This document shows, piece after piece, positions 58,134 through 64,000 of a stretch of DNA of 64,000 nucleotides. Location of the stretch: contig OY969695.1 of NCBI GenBank assembly GCA_963701965.1, positions 3,584,001 through 3,648,000 of the forward strand, in the 5' to 3' direction. A program made the translations under genes and the position numbers. The notes below the pieces were generated by a model that saw only the letters and a program-made list of their open reading frames with translations, did no database searches and was not told the origin of the DNA. This DNA is from an uncultured Gemmatimonadales bacterium (lineage in GTDB: Bacteria; Gemmatimonadota; Gemmatimonadetes; Gemmatimonadales; Gemmatimonadaceae). Positions within the stretch are counted from its first letter, which is position 1. Each line of letters starts with the position of its first letter.

Positions 58134-59308
58134 GCGAGACCTCACTCGTTTACCTCGACACCGCCGCGGATGTCGACCGTTTCCTCGCGTCCATCGCGGA
58201 GGCGGGAGAATTGGCGCTCGACACCGAGGGGGCCAGCTTCCACCGCTTCGTGGACCGGATCTATCTGCTCCAGCTCTCGACGCGGGAGCGGAGCGCGATC
58301 ATCGATCCGCTGCCCATTGGGACCCCGGCGGGCCTGGGGCGCCTGCTGGAGGACCCGGCCGTCGAGATCGTGTTCCACGACGCGGATTACGATCTGCGCC
58401 TGCTGCACCAGGATTACGGCTGGCGCGCGACGAACATCTTCGACACGCGAATCGCCGCCCAGCTGCTGGGGATGAAGGCGTTTGGTCTCGCCGCACTGTT
58501 GGAGCGCTTCTTCGGCGTCAAACTGGACAAGAAGCACCAGCGGGCCGACTGGTCGCTGCGCCCGCTGACGCCCGGCATGCTCGACTATGCGGCGCAAGAT
58601 ACCCGCTACCTGCTCGATCTGCGCGACCGGCTGAAGGACGCGCTCCGCTCGGCGGGCCGGTGGTCGTGGGCGGCCGAGGAATTCTCGCGTCTCGTGGGCA
58701 TCCGGTGGGAGGACGACGAGGCGGGGCTGGCGTGGATGCGCATCAAAGGCGCCCGCGATCTCACGCGCCGGGAATTGGCGCTGTTTCGGGAGCTGGTCCG
58801 GTGGCGCGACGGCGTGGCCGCGGCCGTGGATCGGGCGACGTTCCGAGTCGTGGGCAACGAGACGCTCCTGGCCATCGCCCGCGAGGCGCCGCGTACGCGG
58901 GAGACGCTGGCAGGCATCCGCGGCATGCCGCGGGGCATGGTCGACACGCGCGCCGCCGAGGTTCTGGCGGCCGTCGAGCGCGGGCTCGCCGAGCCGGATG
59001 CGACGTTGCCGCGTTTTCCGCGGGCGCCGCGCTGGGACCGCGATCCGGAGTTCGACACCCGCGTGGCCCGGCTCAAAGCGGTGCGCAATGCCGCCGCGGC
59101 GCGGCTGGAGCTCGATCCGGGCGTCCTGTGCTCCCGCGAGCGACTCGAGGCCACGGCACGCGCCAACCCGCGATCGCTCAATGACCTGGCGCGGATCCCC
59201 GAGATTCGTGCCTGGCAGATCGAAGTGCTGGGCGCTGATTTTCTGCGAGCCTTGGGCGACGTCCCGGCCGTGGCGGCGCCGGACGACTCGCCCTATCGCG
59301 AAGCTTAG
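58118..59308 (+). CDS. rnd: Ribonuclease D with HRDC domain
   Basis: DEDD motifs 'ALDTE', 'FHDADYD', 'FDTRIAA', 'DWSLRPL..YAAQD'. Confidence 0.93.
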   Translation: MSQPSRETSLVYLDTAADVDRFLASIAEAGELALDTEGASFHRFVDRIYLLQLSTRERSAIIDPLPIGTPAGLGRLLEDPAVEIVFHDADYDLRLLHQDYGWRATNIFDTRIAAQLLGMKAFGLAALLERFFGVKLDKKHQRADWSLRPLTPGMLDYAAQDTRYLLDLRDRLKDALRSAGRWSWAAEEFSRLVGIRWEDDEAGLAWMRIKGARDLTRRELALFRELVRWRDGVAAAVDRATFRVVGNETLLAIAREAPRTRETLAGIRGMPRGMVDTRAAEVLAAVERGLAEPDATLPRFPRAPRWDRDPEFDTRVARLKAVRNAAAARLELDPGVLCSRERLEATARANPRSLNDLARIPEIRAWQIEVLGADFLRALGDVPAVAAPDDSPYREA

Positions 59309-59374
59309 TTGCACCCTGCCGTGGCGGCTCGCCCGCCACGCTTCTCAACCGATGCCTATCTGGACCTAGCGAAG

Positions 59375-59710
59375 CTAGAGTCCGAGATAGGCGCGTACGC
59401 GCGGTTCGATCCGGTCCGGGGACCAGAACGGCGTCCAGACGAGATTGACGGCAGCCTCGCCAACGCCGGGGATGGTACGAACCTGCTGCTCGGCGTCGGT
59501 CATGATCTCAGGTCCCAATGGACACCCAGGCGACGTGAGCGTCATGTCGACCGCGACCTTGTCGCCATCGACCCGGACGTCGTAGACGAGTCCCAGATCG
59601 ACAATGTTGAGATTGAGGTCGGGATCCTTCACCCGGCGCAACACGGCCTTCACGTGGTCGGCCGTGAGGGTCGGGCTCTCCCCCGGTGGGACCGTGCTTC
59701 CATCGCTCAT
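59375..59710 (-). CDS. DUF59/SufT metal-sulfur cluster assembly factor
   Basis: 'VKDPDL..NIVDLGLVY', 'MTLTSPGCP', 'VWTPFWS'. Confidence 0.92.
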   Translation of the reverse strand: MSDGSTVPPGESPTLTADHVKAVLRRVKDPDLNLNIVDLGLVYDVRVDGDKVAVDMTLTSPGCPLGPEIMTDAEQQVRTIPGVGEAAVNLVWTPFWSPDRIEPRVRAYLGL

Positions 59711-59719
59711 GCAATGAAG

Positions 59720-61009
59720 CTAGTGCGCGTGCTTCGCCCGTGCTTTGCGGTGGGCCCGGTGGGCCGCGCGGCTGCGCCGCGAATGCGACCGCAGAGGACG
59801 GTTCCAGCCTGACTCGCGATCGGCCCGGAAGCTGGCGGGCATGGAGATCACGCCACCCGGCTCATCGGTGCAGGCGACCGCGGCCGCGTCCGCCAGGTCG
59901 GCGCGGATATCGGCGATAACCCGCGCCGGCCGGCGCGCGCGCGCCGCGTGCACGCGATTCGTGAGCAGAATGACGAACATCTTCCGGTCCGGATCGATCC
60001 ATACCGACGTGCCGGTGAACCCGGTGTGGCCGTACGCGTGCGCGCCCATGAAGCGGCCGCACCCGCCCTCGCCATCGCACGTGTCCCAGCCGAGTGCTCG
60101 CGTGCCCGCCGCGCGGCGCGTGAACAACGCGACCGTGGAGTCGCTGACGATCCGCGTGCCGTTGTACACCCCGCCGTTGAGCAGCATCTGGGCGAAGATG
60201 GCGAGATCGGACGCCGTGCTGAACATGCCCGCGTGTCCCGCGACGCCGCCCATGGCGTACGCATTCTCGTCGTGCACTTCGCCCTGCAGCGGATATCCGC
60301 GGGGCGGCGTGATCTCGGTCGGCGCAATGCGTGCTTTGAGCGAGGCGGCCGGCCGGTAGTACGTGTCGTTCATGCCCAGCGGCGTGAACACGCGTTCGGT
60401 CAGAAACTTGTCGAGCGTCTCGCCGGTGACCGACTCGACGACCATGCCGAGCAGGTCGGCGCCGAGGTCGGAGTAAATGTAGCAGTCACCGGGTTTGCAC
60501 TCCAATGGCGTGGCCAGGATGTAGGCCTTGGCTTCTTCCGGATCGTGCGTCAGACGCCAGAGATCGCGGCCGGCGGGCAGCCCGGAGCGGTGCTCCAGCA
60601 GGTGCCGGACGGTCACCGCGTCTTTGTAGCCGCCGGTGAATCCCGGCAGGTAGGAGACGACCGGCGCGTCGAGGCTGATGCGCCCTTCGTCGTACAGGAT
60701 CATGATCGCGGTCGTAGTGCCGACCACTTTCGAGAGTGACGCCAGATCGTAAATGGTGCTGTCGGCGGAGACATGGTCGCTCGATGTCTCCCAGGAGAGC
60801 CGCCCATAGGCACGTTCCCAAACCACGGCGCCCTTGCGCCCCACGACGACCGCGGCGCCAGGATACCCCCCCGCCTTGATGCCCCGGGCTACGACGCGAT
60901 CGATGGCCTCCAGCCGGTGCTCGGACATGCCGACGTCGCTCGGAGCCTTGACGGGCAGGCCCGAGGACAGGACGGCAGCAGCAACGAACGGCAGGATGGG
61001 TGACGCCAC
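59720..61009 (-). CDS. Exported serine hydrolase, beta-lactamase/class C-like family
   Basis: 'ASLSK', 'YSD', 'GEVHDENA', 'GHTGFTG', 'LTNR'. Confidence 0.9.
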   Translation of the reverse strand: MASPILPFVAAAVLSSGLPVKAPSDVGMSEHRLEAIDRVVARGIKAGGYPGAAVVVGRKGAVVWERAYGRLSWETSSDHVSADSTIYDLASLSKVVGTTTAIMILYDEGRISLDAPVVSYLPGFTGGYKDAVTVRHLLEHRSGLPAGRDLWRLTHDPEEAKAYILATPLECKPGDCYIYSDLGADLLGMVVESVTGETLDKFLTERVFTPLGMNDTYYRPAASLKARIAPTEITPPRGYPLQGEVHDENAYAMGGVAGHAGMFSTASDLAIFAQMLLNGGVYNGTRIVSDSTVALFTRRAAGTRALGWDTCDGEGGCGRFMGAHAYGHTGFTGTSVWIDPDRKMFVILLTNRVHAARARRPARVIADIRADLADAAAVACTDEPGGVISMPASFRADRESGWNRPLRSHSRRSRAAHRAHRKARAKHAH

Positions 61010-61213
61010 CTACAGCTCCCGGTCGAGGAACACTTGAGTCTGTTACAATATATCAGGTGCATATGCCGTGCTCGCCACGGCCGAGTCGCCGAAATAAACG
61101 CAAGCCCATAAATACAATACAGTTGCCTGATTTGCCAACCTTATCTGTGTGACGACGCTGTTGGGGGGCGGCAACCATCAACTGTGGCGTCCGTGTCTCA
61201 TGGACAGAGCAGG

Positions 61214-61789
61214 ATGAACCCGGACGACGAGCTGGTACGGCGCGCCATCGACGGCAATGAGCGGGCAATGCGGCTGCTGTGGTCGCGTCACGCGCCGCGC
61301 ATCAATGCGCTCGTACGCCGGCTGATCGTCGATCCGGACCAGGCTGCAGACGTGGCGCAGGAGGTCTGGATCCAGATTTTCAAGGCGCTGCCGGCCTTTC
61401 GCGGCGAGTCGCAGTTCGGGACGTGGGCCCACCGCGTCGCCGTCAACGGTACACTCAACGCGTTGCGGCGCACACGGCGGGTAGCGGTGGCGGAGAGCGG
61501 AGGGCCGGTCGAGGAAGACACGGTGGCCGTCGAGCCGGATGACGACGCGCCGTTCGTGCGGGCCTCGATCGAAGCGGCGGCGCGCCGGCTCGCGCCGGGG
61601 GCGCGAACCGTTTTCGTCTTGCATGATGTCGAAGGGTACACACACGAGGAGATCGCTGCATCGCTGGGGATCACGCCGGGCGGGTCGAAATCACAACTGT
61701 TCAAGGCGCGGGCAAAGCTCAGACGGTGGCTCGCGCATCTCGTCGATGGACCCCAGCGCAATGGACACAATGCTCACACCTCTGTCTAG
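61214..61789 (+). CDS. ECF RNA polymerase sigma factor
   Basis: 'DVAQEVW', 'FRGESQFGTWAHRVAVN', 'VFVLHDVEGYTHEEIA..SKSQLFKAR'. Confidence 0.95.
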   Translation: MNPDDELVRRAIDGNERAMRLLWSRHAPRINALVRRLIVDPDQAADVAQEVWIQIFKALPAFRGESQFGTWAHRVAVNGTLNALRRTRRVAVAESGGPVEEDTVAVEPDDDAPFVRASIEAAARRLAPGARTVFVLHDVEGYTHEEIAASLGITPGGSKSQLFKARAKLRRWLAHLVDGPQRNGHNAHTSV

Positions 61790-62486
61790 TCACCTATCTG
61801 CCGATCGGCTGGCGGCGCTGGCCGACAATGAACTGACGACGGCCGAAGCGGCGCACGTCGGTGTCTGCCCCGAGTGCGCCCGCGAGCTGGCGGCGCACCG
61901 GCGGCTCCTGTCGCTGGCGCGGCAGGAAGCCGCCGTGCCCAGTCTGCCGCTCACCCGCTGGGACGATATCGCCGCCCAGCTCCGCGCCACTGGTACGATA
62001 CGCCGGAGCGGTGGCTGGTCGCGTTGGGCAGGCCGCGCCGCGGCCGCCCTGCTGTTCCTGGCCGCCGGAGCTGCCGTTGGCCGGTTCAGCGCGACCATGC
62101 GCCCGACAATGCAGCGCGCGGACACGACGGCGGGGCCTTCCACCAATGTGGCGTTGGCCGATCGCAATGACAGCACGCCGATCTTCCGTTCGTCGGCCGA
62201 GGCGATGGCGACGCTGACGCGGGCCGAGCGGGACTACCGGCACGCGGCGGCGTACCTGGTGGCCGAAGATTCGGGGAGCGAGGCGCCGACGGATCGCCGA
62301 GAGGCGTATCGTACGCGGTTGGCGGCGCTGGACGAAGTGGCGCAGACGACCCGGGCGGCGTTGGAAGAGGCGCCGAACGACCCCGTGCTCAATCAGTACT
62401 ACTTCTCGACCGTGGGGGCGCGCGATGCGACGCTGCGCCAACTGAAAGGGGCGCTGCCGGTCGGCATGAGGCTGGGGCGCTACTAG
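61761..62486 (+). CDS. Putative zinc-binding anti-sigma factor with TM helix
   Basis: 'HL..H...CPEC' ZAS motif, TM 'AAAALLFLAAGAAVG'; overlaps the sigma gene. Confidence 0.8.
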   Translation: MDTMLTPLSSHLSADRLAALADNELTTAEAAHVGVCPECARELAAHRRLLSLARQEAAVPSLPLTRWDDIAAQLRATGTIRRSGGWSRWAGRAAAALLFLAAGAAVGRFSATMRPTMQRADTTAGPSTNVALADRNDSTPIFRSSAEAMATLTRAERDYRHAAAYLVAEDSGSEAPTDRREAYRTRLAALDEVAQTTRAALEEAPNDPVLNQYYFSTVGARDATLRQLKGALPVGMRLGRY

Positions 62487-62488
62487 GC

Positions 62489-63262
62489 ATGCGATGCGTG
62501 GTGCTGGCGCTTATCGCGGGGGGGTTGGCGGCGGGGACGGTGCGCGCGCAGGAGCTGGTGCGTTCGCGGTACGGACGGGAGCCCCAAGGGTATCTGGGCA
62601 TCTCGTTTACCTGTCCGCTCAAAGAGCGGTTCGATGCGAATGGGCTGACGGTGGTGCACCTGGCGTATCCGGTCATCGAGTCGGTGGAGCCGGGGTCGCC
62701 GGCGGCGGCGGGCGGGATCAGCGCGGGCGACACGATCGTGGCGTATGACTCGGTCGACGTGGTGAACCACGAGATCTCAATGACGCGGTTGTTGCGTCCG
62801 GGCCGCCTCCTGGTGGTCCGCGTGCGGCGGAATGGCGCGGTCAAGGACGTCGCCGTGCGCGTGCGGGCGCGGCCCGCGTCGTTCGAGGAGTCCCTCGGCG
62901 CCCCGGGGGCCATGTCCGGTGTGGTCCGGCTGCATGCCTTTCCGGGGCCGATGATCATGCTGCCCTCGGCCGAGGCGCTGCGCGCCGCCGGCGCGGCGCT
63001 CGTGCGCACGAACGACGATCTCCGCGCCGCGCTGGGCGCGCCGAAGGGGTCGAGTGGCGTGCTCGTGGTCAATGTGGGCGAGGGAAGCCCGGCCAATGTG
63101 TCCGGCCTGCGCGCCGGGGACGTCGTGATGAGCGCCGGGGGGCGCTCGATCGACGGACCCGAGACGTTGGTCACCGTCGTCGATCAGGCGGGCGGCCGGT
63201 CGGTCTCGCTCCGGGTGCTGCGGGCGCACCAACTACGCACCGTCACCCTGCGTTTGAATTAG
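62489..63262 (+). CDS. Exported tandem-PDZ protein without protease domain
   Basis: 'GYLGISF', 'VEPGSPAAAGGISAGD', 'GSPANVSGLRAGDVV'. Confidence 0.85.
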   Translation: MRCVVLALIAGGLAAGTVRAQELVRSRYGREPQGYLGISFTCPLKERFDANGLTVVHLAYPVIESVEPGSPAAAGGISAGDTIVAYDSVDVVNHEISMTRLLRPGRLLVVRVRRNGAVKDVAVRVRARPASFEESLGAPGAMSGVVRLHAFPGPMIMLPSAEALRAAGAALVRTNDDLRAALGAPKGSSGVLVVNVGEGSPANVSGLRAGDVVMSAGGRSIDGPETLVTVVDQAGGRSVSLRVLRAHQLRTVTLRLN

Positions 63263-63320
63263 CCGCGCTGCGCGCGGCCAATTCAGCGTCTCATTCGAAG
63301 CAGCACGCTTCGCGTGCTGC
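63262..63320 (+). repeat. Hairpin-core-hairpin extragenic element, copy 2
   Basis: GCCGCGC-TGC-GCGCGGC; CGTCTCATTCGAAG; GCAGCACGC-TTC-GCGTGCTGC. Confidence 0.6.
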
Positions 63321-63340
63321 CATGCCCAGGGGCGATGCTC

Positions 63341-64000
63341 CTACCGTACACTTCCTGGCGGGAGCGAATAGAGCAGCCGCATCGTGGCCCGATCCTCGGG
63401 CGAGAGATCGCGGACGCGCACACGGGCCGTCATGATGTTCGTGGTATCCGCCGAGTGGTCGAGGCCCAGCAGGTGGCCGACCTCGTGCAGCGCGATGGCG
63501 CGTACCGCCGAGGCGTCGAGGGCCTCACCGCGATTGTGGTGCAGGGCGATCGAGAATGTTGGCGTCGACAATCCACCAGTTCTCGTCGCGCGCCCACATG
63601 GTCTTCCCCGAGATCTGCTCGTCGAAATGATCGCGGAACGTGACGTGCACGTCGGCGGTCGCCGAGTCGTGGACGAACACGAACGCGACGGGGACGCCGG
63701 TGTTCTGCCAGGTGACGAACGCATCCCGCGTCTGGTCGACGAATTCGGGCTTCCAATCGGGCAGCGTGTCGGCGGACTGGATCCACACCCGCAGCGGGTC
63801 GACCAACCGCTCCGGCCACCGGGCCAGCGAGGAGTCCCGCTCGGCCAGGATGTCGCCAATGTACGTCCCCGCCTCACCCTCGGTGAGGCGATGCCGGATG
63901 TCCGACACGTCACGAAGCGGAGCCGCCTCGTGGGCGTGCCCCGCGGCGACGGTCCCGCGACTGCCGGCGTCGCGGTCCTCCGCCGCCGGCGCGTGCGCGG
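63341..64000 (-). pseudogene. Matrixin (M10) family metalloprotease, frameshift near 63554-63556; 5' end outside window
   Basis: 'HEVGHLLGLDH..NIM' with Met-turn in one frame; upstream 'LRVWI..AFVTW..ADVHVTF..GKT' in another; removing one base gives 'WIVDANISIALHH'. Confidence 0.85.

Noticed and set aside
59720..61009. Beta-lactam resistance gene
   Set aside because: Motifs fit generic serine hydrolases or esterases of the family; no mobile context
61030..61150. AT-rich stretch as a foreign insert or ncRNA
   Set aside because: Short divergent promoter region with no recognisable RNA structure or mobile-element ends
63550..63560. Programmed frameshifting as explanation for the split genes
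   Set aside because: No slippery heptamer or shared signal at the sites; unrelated genes are affected; sequencing error is simpler
1..64000. Defence systems, prophage, IS elements, integron cassettes, tRNA/rRNA
   Set aside because: No integrase, transposase, defence nuclease or phage structural genes; no attC boxes or cloverleaf found by eye; composition looks uniform

Overview
High-GC chromosomal segment with about 65 densely packed genes. Gene content and style suggest Gemmatimonadota (inference; no marker gene present). It contains two RND efflux loci (one with TolC and an OmpR/BaeS-type two-component system), cydAB, pruA-phzF, thrB plus hom-thrC, rfaD, a bacilliredoxin, two ABC transporters and a ctpA protease. 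It also carries a sufBCD-sufU-Rieske-sufS-sufU operon, two FHA proteins, TPP riboswitch-thiC, rnd, sufT, an ECF sigma/anti-sigma/PDZ operon and many secreted lipoproteins and peptidases. I found no rRNA, tRNA, CRISPR, IS, integrase or phage genes. The most interesting signals are not in the ORF track. (1) A Thr-codon leader peptide with an attenuator upstream of hom-thrC. (2) A two-copy, possibly three-copy, hairpin-core-hairpin element with covarying stems between convergent genes. (3) An IscR/Rrf2-like operator inside a canonical suf promoter. (4) Recurrent TANNNT boxes 5-8 nt before start codons, suggesting leaderless mRNAs. (5) An unannotated 53-aa membrane protein. Several single-base frameshifts (cydA, hom, matrixin, probably lepB) most likely reflect sequencing errors. 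All calls come from motif recognition by eye; no searches were run.
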